This document shows, piece by piece, positions 1 through 10,900 of a stretch of 64,000 bases of DNA. The stretch is taken from NCBI GenBank assembly GCA_013239625.1, contig MU054323.1, positions 310,001-374,000 of the forward strand, written 5' to 3'. The DNA is from Lama guanicoe (taxonomy: Eukaryota). Each line of letters starts with the position of its first letter. The first letter of the stretch is position 1. The notes under the pieces were generated by a model. It ran no database searches. It was not told the origin of the DNA and was given only the letters and a program-made list of their open reading frames with translations. The position numbers and the translations under genes are program-made.

Positions 1-944
1 CTGATAAACAGAAACTCCCTTCGAAGAGCTGGCTGCTTCTGAAGGACCCATTCAAGCCATCTCTGCCTTGAGTCCTCACTGTATACGCTTACCTGCTTTG
101 CTCCGAGGATGCTCCCCTGAGCAGAAGAGACACAGGTCTGGTGAGGAAGACAGCATATTTCCTCACAGTTGTCTGGGGAAAGCGGGCATTAAACAAATTC
201 TCCTGGGCGTATATAATTACAGATGAAGGTTAAGTGTTCTTAAGGAAAATCCAGGATGTTTGGGAGAGAATACAGCAGGAGGGCTTGGTTTAAATTAGGG
301 GGTTAGGGAAAAGCAGAAAGTGGGGGTGTTAAGGGCTTTTGCAAAGGTTTAGAGCTTTACATATGGGAAGGAAATAATAATAATAAAGGTGTTTGGAAGG
401 GCAGATCATCCTCTTTCATGGGCCACTTCCTAGGACTCTGGGGTCCTGCTTCTCCCCCAAATTATGTAGGCATCAAGGGCTAGGAAGAACCTTCACAAAT
501 GCTAATATGTGAGCATTTTACAGTCTGCCCCCTGACCCTCTGCATCCTCACCCGCAACTAGTTTGAATGTGGAGGTGAATGGAGAGGCTGAATGGCATTT
601 CCAGTTTGGGAAACAGGGTGGAGACGCCTTCCCACCTCAATCCGGGGGCCAGGTCTCCCAACCCCAAACACCCAAAAGGAACATTTTCCAAGAGAAAATC
701 CCACTTCCTTGTGTATTTGGTTGTGAAGGGAGCAGGCCAGGAGACTCGGGTTGTTCCTGGGGAGTTTTGGGACAAGAGCAAGAATCTCTAACCGTGTCAC
801 CCCCCAAACACACTTGCAGGAAAGCTTGACCAGAGTGAAGTGAGGATTTGGTAGCCGCGGTGGAGGTGTGGGTGTTGGATGCTAACTTCCCCGGAAGAAT
901 CCATCAGAATCTGGCAGTAACAATAGCTGACACCCAACACAGGT

Positions 945-1090
945 CCTGTGCTGGGCACTTTCAAGACTATTTCTCAAAACAACCCTATGAGGTAAGCACC
1001 ATTACTAACTCCATTTCACAATTGAGGAAACCGAGGAACACAGAGGTTAAGTAGTGATAGCAGCCTGACTCTGCCTCCAGCACTTTGAAG
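945..1090 (-). mobile_element. MIR SINE fragment
   Basis: aacaaccctatgaggtaag...ccatttcacaattgaggaaaccgagg...cagaggttaagta resembles the reverse-strand MIR core. Confidence 0.7.
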
Positions 1091-1426
1091 CCAAAGTTTC
1101 GGAGCGGAGGTTTGGGCTCCAGGAGGTGTGGGCCGCAATTCCTACGTGAACCTGATCCCGCGGGGAAAACGCTGGCTTCCAAAGGTTATCTTGGGAGCCC
1201 ACGGGGACAGTTTCGGGAGCCTCGCACGCATTCCCTTCGGAAGCCGAGCCGAGCTGCCACCTCCCGCGCCGTGGCGGGGAAGGGGGGGACAGTGCGCCGG
1301 GGGCGGCGGGTGGCCCCACATCGTGCTCCCAAGGCCGGGCCCTGCAGCTCAGCTTTCTGCTCGGTCTCCGCGAGGTGTCGCCTTCGGCCGGAGAAACTGC
1401 CGCGGCGCCACCCTCGTAGCCCGCAC

Positions 1427-1773
1427 TTATTTATTTATTTTCAAACAAGGGGGGCGCCCCTCTCCTTTCAATTTAAAACTGGAAACATCCTGCGGTCTCG
1501 TTCCTAAATAGGCGCGTCCTCTCCCTCCCACTTTGCACCCTCGATCCAGCCTCCCTTCCGAGATCACACACAAGCAGCCTCCCCAACCCCTCCCGCACGG
1601 CCTCGCTGGACTTTCCTCTCCCGCTCAGCCGCGCACACACAAGCAGTCCAGGCGGGGACTGGGTTAGGAGCCTCTGAATCGCCCCCTAACCCCAACGACA
1701 CCCCCGAAGCCCTCCCGAAAAAAATTTATTTAAATGCCAAGCAATTGCCAGGCCCGCAGGGTGTGTGCTGCAT
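1427..1773 (-). other. MYCNOS: Non-coding orthologue of the NCYM ORF region of the antisense gene MYCNOS
   Basis: Minus strand from 1773 reads MQHTPCGPGNCLAFK*; a different frame ending at 1427 reads DVSSFKLKGEGRPPCLKINK*. Both closely match the N- and C-termini of human NCYM as I recall them. Transcription cannot be shown from sequence. Confidence 0.75.
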
Positions 1774-1906
1774 TGCACCGCTCGGCACGCAGCTGGTTCG
1801 CAGAGTGCACCGGGTGCAAGCCCGGGGGTCTAAAAGGGCGGGAGGAGCACGCCCCGGGCTTCCCAGCTTTGCAGCCTCCTCTCTGCAAAGAAGAAAAGCA
1901 AGTGGC

Positions 1907-1930
1907 TTTTGGCGCGAAAGCCTTGGCGCC
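1907..1930. promoter_or_regulatory. E2F site cluster of the MYCN promoter
   Basis: TTTTGGCGCGAAA (1907-1919; two overlapping inverted E2F sites) followed by TTGGCGCC (1923-1930), about 180 bp upstream of exon 1; matches the known MYCN promoter layout. Confidence 0.85.
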
Positions 1931-1984
1931 TCCCCTGATTTTTATGGAAATCAAGAGGGCGGGGTAAAGCCGCTTTCCTCTGCC

Positions 1985-2095
1985 TTTCTCCCTCCCCCTT
2001 GTCTGTGCCGCAGCCCCCTTCTCTCCCCGCCCCCCGGGTGTGTCAGATTTTTCAGTTAATAATATCCCCCGAGCTTCAAAGCGCAGCCAGTGACA
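1985..2095 (+). promoter_or_regulatory. MYCN core promoter: CT/GC boxes and TATA-like element
   Basis: CTCCCTCCCCC and CCCCGCCCC Sp-type boxes; TAATAATA at 2057-2064, about 32 bp before the inferred start GTCATCTG. Confidence 0.6.
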
Positions 2096-2277
2096 GTCAT
2101 CTGTCTGGACGCGCTGGGTGGATGCGGGGGGCTCCTGGGAACTGGGTTGGAGCCGAGCTAGCGCTAGCCAGGCGCAAGCGCGCACAGACTGCAACAACCC
2201 GAGGACCACCCCCCGCCCCCTGGCCACCCGGGGACCCCGCACAGGATCGCCTCTGGATCCCCGGCAGTCGGCGGGAG
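2096..2277 (+). other. MYCN: MYCN exon 1 (1a), 5' leader
   Basis: GTCATCTGTCTGGACGCGCTGGGTGGATGCGGGG... matches the recalled 5' end of MYCN mRNA; strong donor GAG|GTAAGG at 2277/2278. Start position approximate because MYCN has multiple TSSs. Confidence 0.85.
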
Positions 2278-2588
2278 GTAAGGAGCTGGGGTTGCAAACC
2301 GCTCGGCGCCCTGGGAGCTGCGAGCGCGGCGGGAAGGCAAGCCCTGGACCCGATCGCGGCTGGCGCACAGGGCGCCCGACTAATGCCCGGGGGACTGTTT
2401 CTCCTTCCGAAACAAAACCATCTCGGGGTTTTCCCTGAAAAGCCAGTTCCAGTTCCGAAGGCTCCCGAGCTGAGAGAGACCCGCCCTAATCCTTTTACTG
2501 CCCTTGCCAGGGGTTGTAATGGCTTCATCGAAAAGAAATTCACCCTTCTCTTAGAACATTTGTCTGCATTTGAGCTGACGGGGAGCCG
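2278..2588 (+). other. MYCN: MYCN exon 1b extension (alternative 5' splice site)
   Basis: Donor CCG|GTGCGT at 2588/2589, at the position where I recall the human exon 1b donor. Confidence 0.55.
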
Positions 2589-3249
2589 GTGCGTCCCCAC
2601 CCCGAAGCTGGGTTCTTCTCCAAAGGGTTCTCCCAGAGGAAGAAGAGGAGGGTTAAGCAGGGCGAGGCCGTCGCGGTGGTAATCTGGGTCACCGCTGTTC
2701 CAGCTCAGAGAGGACGCGGCTCTCCCGGCGACCCTCCCCGCGCTGGTGCCCCTGAACCATTCCCAGGGACTGGGGTTCAGGATCTTCCCTCTCCCTTTCA
2801 GAGGACGTTGTTGGGGGTTTGGAACAGCGGGGGTGGGGTTAGAGAGGTTCAAAATCAGCTATTGGCAGTACATTCCCTGCAGCGGGTAAATGCCGGGAGA
2901 CGTCTGCTCAAAATCGGGGGTAGTGGGTTCTGGATTTGAGTGCTTGCTGTTGGTCTCGGTCTAGAGAAAGGATTTTTCCATTTGCAAAGTCCCCCCCCCC
3001 CCATTATCGCTTGCACTCTGGAGGTTGCAATTTTACAAACAGGGGAATTGAGGGTACTCCAAATCCTATATCTATTAGCCGGGTTGGAGCCCCAGGCTTC
3101 CTTTGAGCAGCTGGCCGGACTTGGGTGCAACCGGGGTTGTCGGCGAGCTGGTGGGAGCTAGAATTCTGCAGCCTGGAACAGCCCCCTCCCCCAGGCAGTG
3201 CCTTGTGTGAATGAAATGGCAGTTTCCAAAGTTGCAGAGCCAGGCCACC

Positions 3250-3283
3250 ACCCCCCGCATCTGCATGCCCCCTCCCACCCCCT
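3250..3283 (-). promoter_or_regulatory. Hairpin-containing G-quadruplex motif in intron 1
   Basis: Minus strand AGGGGGTGGGAGGGGGCATGCAGATGCGGGGGGT: four G-tracts, with a GCAT/ATGC mini-stem in the third loop. Confidence 0.7.
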
Positions 3284-3488
3284 GTCGTAGACAGCTTGTA
3301 CACAAAAGGAGGGAGGGAGAGAGCGAGAAGACACAACTTCCTCCACCTTCGGGAGCACTGGGCGGAGTGGGGGGCTTTGGAGGAGAGATTGAGGAACCGG
3401 GTGAGAGGGGGGTGACCGCTGCTGTCTCCCCCCGCACCCCATCCGGCTCCGCTTGCCAACCCTCTCCTGGTGTGTCTGTCGGTTGCAG

Positions 3489-3605
3489 TGTCGGAGGTTG
3501 GCGCGGGCCCCCGCTCTCCGCGCCCCCCACGGGAAGGAAGCACTCCCCGAACTAAAAAGAGCGGAGCGAAAAGAAGCCCTCATTCGGCGGCCAGGAGGCG
3601 AGCCG
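3489..3605 (+). other. MYCN: MYCN exon 2, 5' untranslated part
   Basis: Acceptor TGTCTGTCGGTTGCAG|TGTCGG at 3488/3489; 117 nt upstream of the canonical ATG. Confidence 0.85.
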
Positions 3606-4389
3606 ATGCCGAGCTGCACCGCGTCCACCATGCCGGGGATGATCTGCAAGAACCCAGACCTCGAGTTTGACTCGCTGCAGCCCTGCTTCTACCCGGACGA
3701 AGATGACTTCTACTTCGGCGGCCCTGACTCGACCCCCCCGGGGGAGGACATCTGGAAGAAGTTTGAGCTGTTGCCCACGCCCCCGCTGTCTCCCAGCCGT
3801 GCCTTCCCGGAGCACAGCCCGGAGCCCCCGAACTGGGCCACCGAGATGCTGCTGCCCGAGGCCGACCTGTGGGGCAACCCGGCCGAGGAGGACGCATTCG
3901 GCCTGGGGGGCCTGGGCGGCCTCACCCCCAACCCGGTCATCCTCCAGGACTGCATGTGGAGCGGCTTCTCGGCCCGCGAGAAGCTGGAGCGCGCTGTGAG
4001 CGAGAAGCTGCAGCACGGCCGGCCGCACGCAGCGGGGCCCGCAGCCCCGGCCCAGGGCGCCGGCGCCACCAGCCCCGCGGGCAGCGGGCAGGGAGGGGTG
4101 TCTGCGGGGCCGGGCCGCGCTGGGGCCGCCCTGCCGGCCGAGCTCGCCCACCCGGCTGCCGAGTGTGTGGATCCCGCTGTGGTCTTCCCTTTCCCGTTGA
4201 ACAAGCGCGAAGCCGCGCTCGCCACCCCGGCCGGTGCCCCCGCGGCAGGCGCCGCGGTCGCGTCGGGGGCGAGCGCCGCAGCCCCGGCGGGAGCTCCGAT
4301 GGCCACACTTCCGCGCGCCGGCGGTCGCCCGGCCAGCGGCGGTGACAAGGCCCTCAGCACCTCCGGAGAGGACACCCTGAGCGACTCAG
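3606..4389 (+). CDS. MYCN: N-Myc proto-oncogene protein, coding exon 2 (transactivation domain; Myc boxes 0, I, II, IIIa)
   Basis: [29 protein letters not shown]..., [23 protein letters not shown] (P44, T58, S62 intact), [15 protein letters not shown] motif ([13 protein letters not shown]), [12 protein letters not shown]; second in-frame ATG at 3630 (ccaccATG); phase-1 donor CAG|GTAAAG at 4389/4390. Confidence 0.99.
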
Positions 4390-6129
4390 GTAAAGACCGA
4401 GCCAGGGTCCGACTGCCTCCCTGAGGTCCTGGGGCTGGGGATGGCGCTTCGTTTGTTGCTGTTCATGGGTTTCGGCTCTTGGGGGAGAGTATTTTGGAAG
4501 TAGTCCTGGTGGCTGAGAGGTGGGTTTTTTCAAGCTTGATCCCCAGGTTAAGGAGGACCTGGTGAAAGGTGTAAGGGGGTGTTCTCCAGAGCCTCACTTT
4601 CGTTGAAGTTCCTTCAGCCCCTGCCCGGAGTCTGACTCCATCACTGGATGCCCCTACCCACCATGTCTCTCTGCAGCATGGTCTGAGCAGTAAAATTAGG
4701 AAAAGTTGAATGGCTAAAGCCGGATTGGGATTCAGGGATGGCTAGCTGCATTACTTGAGCAGAAACCTGTTAACCCAGGGGTGGAAAAGGACTGTGGCTC
4801 AGATCAGGGATGGAGAGATCCCCAAAAAGGAAAAGCCTGTGCAAAATCCTATTCAGGGCGCAGAAAGTTAAAGGAGGGATTGCACAGATGGCGAGTATCC
4901 ATGTGATTTTTTTTCAAACCTGGATACTCTTCTCCCCCTCCTTCAGTGGGTGGTGGGCTATTTGCTCCTGGTCCATGGCCAGCAGGCGGCGATATGCTGG
5001 CCAGCTGGAGGCCCAAGGATCTGAAAGGCTGGGAGTGGTGGGGCCACCCCTCCCTCCCTCCCTTAAGCAGCTGGCGGCCAGTACAACAGCGGTTGGTTGT
5101 GTACATTCTCAAGGGGCCAGCTCTTTACAGTGTGCAGTGAGAAGCTGGCTGGTTTGGTCTTCTAGCCTGAATTCCAGGACTAATTTCAGATCCGCGTTGT
5201 GTTTTGTAACCCGGTGCCCTTCAAGGTGAGGGCGGGCACTTCCTCAGCAGACCCTCCAGGAATGCACACACCCTGATTAGTCCTATTGTGTGGCTCCTAC
5301 TTAAACTGAAGGGTAGAGTTAAAATCGAGACTTTGCCTGGAGGTGGAGAACTCTCCCCAAGTACTGGAATGGCCTTGTCCTTGGAGCTGGGAGCCTGGGA
5401 CCTTGAAAACCAGTGTGGCCAGAATGCAGGTGGATAAAAAGCCTCAATTTCCTCCAAGACTGAGGACGGATTCATCTGAGGCTCCTGGAAGGAAACTTGG
5501 TGATAAGCCTCCAGTTTGAACGGGTCTGTCCCTTTAATGTCTGTGCCTTGACAGCTTTCGGTGAGGAAGCACTTCCTTCCAACAGCTGTCTTCTTGGCAG
5601 AAAACCAAAACATTGGCTTAAAGGGACCCACAGACTGGAACAGCCTCACATTTCGGCTTTAGAACAAATCCCACAATTGTTCAGCTTTCCGGTCCCCTTC
5701 AGATCAAGCAGAAGTTGTGTTTTGATTTTCATGCTTGCATTTTAAACAATAATTTTCTATCCGAGCATGGCAGTAGATGAGGAGAGAGGGGAAACGCACA
5801 CGGGATGCTACACGTTTTTGTTGCTGTTGGTGGGGACTTTGAGAAGAGGTGCCACCGAATTGGGGTTTAGAGCTCCAGTGGATGATGACTTTGTAGCTAA
5901 GGTTTAATCTTTGTTAGGTGAAAAACGGCTTATGGTGTAAACATCATCATGTTCATGGAAGACAGAGTATTTAATTACATTGTTTAGGTTTGTTTGACTT
6001 AAAATGAGACTCGACCATGTGTAGATGGCTAAAAGAGGCCCCTAAAATGAGGAGCCTCAGTTCTTAAGGATGGAAATACAAATAAGTCTATGGGGCAGAC
6101 CTGTGAGGATGATAAAAGCTTACCGTTAA

Positions 6130-6300
6130 CTGAGCCTCTGTGTGTGTTTATCTGTCCAGCTCAACCTATGGTGTTATCCCCATTTCACAGCTGGGGAAAC
6201 TGAGGCTTAGATTAAGGAACTTGCCCAGGGTCATGCAAGTAGTATGTGACGGAGCCGGGATTCTGTCTGACTCCAAAGCCAAGGTTCTGTTTCTGCCACC
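6130..6300 (-). mobile_element. MIR SINE in MYCN intron 2
   Basis: ccccatttcacagctggggaaactgaggcttag...acttgcccagggtcatgc...tctgactccaaagcc. Confidence 0.75.
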
Positions 6301-6347
6301 TGCTTAAGCCTGAATGGAGGATGAAATGCTAGGAGTATGAGGAGTAA

Positions 6348-7037
<690 letters not shown>

Positions 7038-7962
7038 ACATTTCTCAGAACTGGACAGTCACTGCCACTTTGCACATTTTGAGTTTTTGTTTTTGTTTTT
7101 GTTTTTTTTTTAAACAAACCTTGTGTTGACATTAAGAATGTTGGTTTACTTTCACATCGGTCCCCCGTTGAGTTTGGATCTGGGTGGGGAGCAGGACATG
7201 TGGGGTTCTCCCAGGACCTCGGGAGAGGGCCTGTGTGATGGGATGCTGGGTGGCCCTGGTGGTTGTCCTCTGCGTCACCTCCGAGACGGCGGTCAGAGTC
7301 CGTGACAGTTGGAGAGCCTTCTGGGGCTGTCGAAGTCACCTTGTTTGTTCCAAGTTTCCAGACGACAGAAAGTCATTCCTTCTTTTTAAAATGGTGCTTA
7401 AGTTCCAGCAGATGCCACGTTGGGGTTTGCCATTTGAGACCCCTGGGGAACATTTCTGTAAATACCATTGACACACCTGCCTTTTGTATACGTCCTGGGT
7501 AATGAGAGGTGGCTTTTGCGGCCAGTATTAGACTGGAAGTTCATACCTAAGTACTGTAATACCTCAATGTTTGAGGAGCATGTTTTGTATACAAATCTAT
7601 TGTTAATCCTTGTTATGTACTGTACTAATTCTTACACTGCCTGTATACTTTAGTATAATGCTGATACATAACTAAATTTGATACTTATATTTTCGTATGA
7701 AAATGAGTTGTGAAAGTTTTGAGTAGATATTACTTTATCACTTTTTGAACTAAGAAACTTTTGTAAAGAAATTTACTATATATATATGCCTTTTTCCTAG
7801 CCTGTTTCTTCCTGTTAATGTATTTGTTCATGTTTGGTGCATAGAACTGGGTAAATGCAAAGTTCTGTGTTTAATTTCTTCAAAATGTATATATTTAGTG
7901 CTGCATCTTATAGCACTTTGAAATACCTCATGTTTATGAAAATAAATAGCAATTAAATGATG
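7038..7962 (+). other. MYCN: MYCN 3' UTR, AU-rich with multiple miRNA seed sites
   Basis: Follows the stop codon; distal half strongly AU-rich; seed matches for let-7, miR-34, miR-101, miR-19, miR-17, miR-29 and miR-200bc; ends just after the poly(A) signals. Confidence 0.9.
7941..7957 (+). terminator. MYCN polyadenylation signals
   Basis: AATAAA at 7941-7946 and ATTAAA at 7952-7957, followed by a T-rich tract at about 7967-7979. Confidence 0.85.
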
Positions 7963-10900
7963 CAACTTTTCTTTTCCTTAATAGCAACGGTTAAACTCTT
8001 AAGATGCAGCCATGAGTAGTGCATACCCTAGGGAGAGAACTTGGTTTCCACAGTCATCATATATTTATACAGTCCTGGTTGGGGAGGGACTGTTACCCCC
8101 TTGAGGTGGAGGGAACTGAGCTTAGGAAGGTTAAGATACTACTTCAGGATTACGCAGAATAGGTATGTTATTACTGTGTATTGCAGCAAAAGCACCAGAT
8201 AGTTTACAAAACACTTTCCTATAGGTTGGCCATCGAACCAAAGTAAGCTAGGACATCAGACCCTTTAGAATGAGGATTAAAATTAAGACATGGAGTTGTG
8301 CACCTTGGCCGTACTTGGTGTCAGTAACCTTTGACCCATTAGCGGTTGGCTTTACATTTTGACATAGGGTGAAGTTTGTCCCCCAGAAGAACACGCTCAT
8401 CAGAATTTACTAGGCCCTGTGCAAGTTTCTATGCTAAGCATTATAGAAGAATAAAGATGAAGATGAAGTTGGTCCCTTCCCTCAAGAACTCACCATCTGA
8501 TTCACCAAGGTAACTCAGGGAGTGACAGCTGTGTGGCCCAGGTCAAAGTGCCTTGTCCCTTGAGGAGAGGCACTGCCCCGTGTTAGCGTAGCTCTGCCCA
8601 TTTGGCGCTCCTGCCACTCGAACTGGTGTTTTGGTTGTCTGGACTGCCCTGTGGCATCAGGATTATTGGCAGGTTCTGGAGGACAGCCAGGGCTGGTGGG
8701 TTGGGGGAAAGGGGTGCACAGCGGAGCTGGGAGGAAATTTCAGAGTCCCTGATGGGAGGTGGTATCCTTCCTTGGGAGGCGTTCATCTTTAGGTGAAAGG
8801 TGGTACTCAAGGCTATGTCTCTAAGGTTTCATTCATCTCAGATTTTAGCTTTGGACTGAGAAGTTGGCTTTCCTCAGAAGAACACAGGTCCTGGGATGAG
8901 AAAGGGCTTTGCTGGCTTGCCCAGGTCATGTGGGTCCCTGTCTGCTTTGGCTATTTTACAAAGGCCAGTGGAGTTTAGAATTTGAGGTATTCATGGCTTA
9001 CAGCCACGTTTCCTAAGCTATGAGGTTGATATTGCCATGGACCTTTACAGGTGATAAGACTATGTCAAAAATTCAGGCAACATTCTCTCTACTTAAATCT
9101 CCCTACTTGCCACCATCCCTAAATAGAAAATAACCCTCTCTGAAAGTCCTTTTTGAATTGTCATTCAAAAAGACTTCCTGTCCCTTTGCATTTTACAGGC
9201 CCCAGATCGCCAAGCTGCATGGAGTCATGAGCTAAAAGAAAGTTAAGAAATCTCAAAGTAATTGAGATTCTTGAAACCCAGCTCAATCACCCCAATTTCT
9301 TTTTTTGTGGTCTCCATCAGGGCCTCCCTAGACTTTTTAGATGAGATAGAACTCTATCTGTGGAGGAGGTATACCGTTGAGATGAATGAGGCCCTAAACT
9401 AATTCCTACCAGGCTCCATTTTTGCTCTGGCTGCTGGGAAGCTCAGAGCCAAATTCAATGCTCTCATTCTACATCCTTGAAGCCCAGTCTCTCCAGTGTA
9501 TTTGTGATCTTTTGTTTTTCATTGTAATTTAATGACCTTTTTTGTTGTTGTTCTTGATTTTATGTTACATTAAAGAGAACTTTCTGATTTGGGTGAATCA
9601 CAAATACATTAAAATATTAAAACTAAAGTAAAACACCTCTTATTTGCCTTTTCCTGGCCCATCTGAGGGAAAGTGTCACTCAGTTTAGCTCTGCAATTAC
9701 CTATAAAGCAATTGCTGTTGTCACAGAAGAATTGAACCACTCCTTTCAACAACATGAGAAACCTGTGCATTCCAAGAACAGTTCTGAGACTGAGAAACTG
9801 CTCTGTATCAGTTAGATCAATAAGTCATAGGACTTAGATGGCACGTAGAGACCAATCATCTCACTGAATTACTTCGTTTTACAGAATGTGGTTGGGGGAT
9901 CCTGTATCAAATGAGTGGCCGAACCTGGGACTGGAGTTTGTTGATGGTCAACCCCGTGGTCTTTCCACGGCATTGGCTTTCAAGCTGCTCCTTCGGTAGC
10001 CTCCCTACCTCCTTGGCTCATCCAGCCACCTACAGCATACTTCCATAGTGATCCTTCTGCATAGCTGGTTTTGTGTAAAAACTTACAAAGTTTCCCCACC
10101 ACTTAGAGGGTAAAGTCCAAATCCTTCAGCCCGGCCCGTGAGGCTGCTTCCACCCTGGCTCACCATCCCCGTTATCCCCTGCCCACCCATAGGGCTCCTC
10201 ACATCAGCACCGCTAGGTACAAGCTCTCTTTCTCACCTTTGATTGGTTCCTTCATATTCCCTTCTTCTGGGTCACCCAGATTCTGTTTATTAAAGTCCTT
10301 TTCAACCTTGAATGACAAACCCAAAGTCATCTCTTTCAGGAAGCCTTTCTCATACCCCTGGGGGCAGGGGAAGTTGGGAGCTTCTCCAGCTCTTAATCCT
10401 GTATCTGCTTGGGAGATAAAAGAGGTGTCCTCATCACCCTCTGGGACCTCCTTGACCATGGGGTCCCCTAAAGCAGGTACAGTGACCCAATCACCTCTGA
10501 TTCTTCAGTCCTGGCCTGGTGGCCGACAGATGACAGGGCCTTGGCAGAGGCCAGCAGAGTGGCTGGCGGCTGACTGGGCAGCAGAGGAAGAAACACGGTG
10601 GGGACCATTACACCAGTGCCTCCTACTAGCCGGGTTCCCAAACTCTCAGGCTGAAGCAGACGCTGAAGCGCATCCATTAGGTGTCAGTGAGCATCAGAAC
10701 TGACTCCTGAAAGAAAAGATGAAACACACCTGGAGGCCTGTATTTAGGGATCCCACAGTCTGGGGGCCTGGGTAGGAAGAGAGGGGACAGGAGGGACGGT
10801 GGGTTGCAGGGGAACGGTTGAGCAAGCTTATGAGGGGTCTTGTGGCTGCGTCGGGCTCCTCCAGGCCCCCGGTTTGGACCTCACTGTTGGAGGATGCTGG

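Larger units (their letters stand above)
1130..4450. promoter_or_regulatory. MYCN: CpG island spanning the MYCN promoter, exon 1, intron 1 and exon 2
   Basis: Very GC-rich with dense CpG, in contrast to CpG-depleted flanks; boundaries estimated by eye. Confidence 0.9.

Noticed and set aside
295..308. Two TTAGGG hexamers
   Set aside because: Too few to call an interstitial telomeric repeat.
3453..3488. ORF-track start at 3453 and read-through to 4424
   Set aside because: The TTG start lies in intron 1, upstream of the 3488/3489 acceptor, and residues after 4389 are intronic.
1730..4375. Many 100-250 aa overlapping ORFs on both strands in the CpG island
   Set aside because: Expected from stop-codon scarcity in GC-rich DNA; low-complexity Pro/Ala/Gly/Arg content and no recognisable domains.
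4947..4955. GLI-like site TGGGTGGTG in intron 2 (also GACCACCCC at 2204-2212)
   Set aside because: Only 8/9 matches in G/C-rich sequence; cannot be told from chance without conservation or ChIP data.
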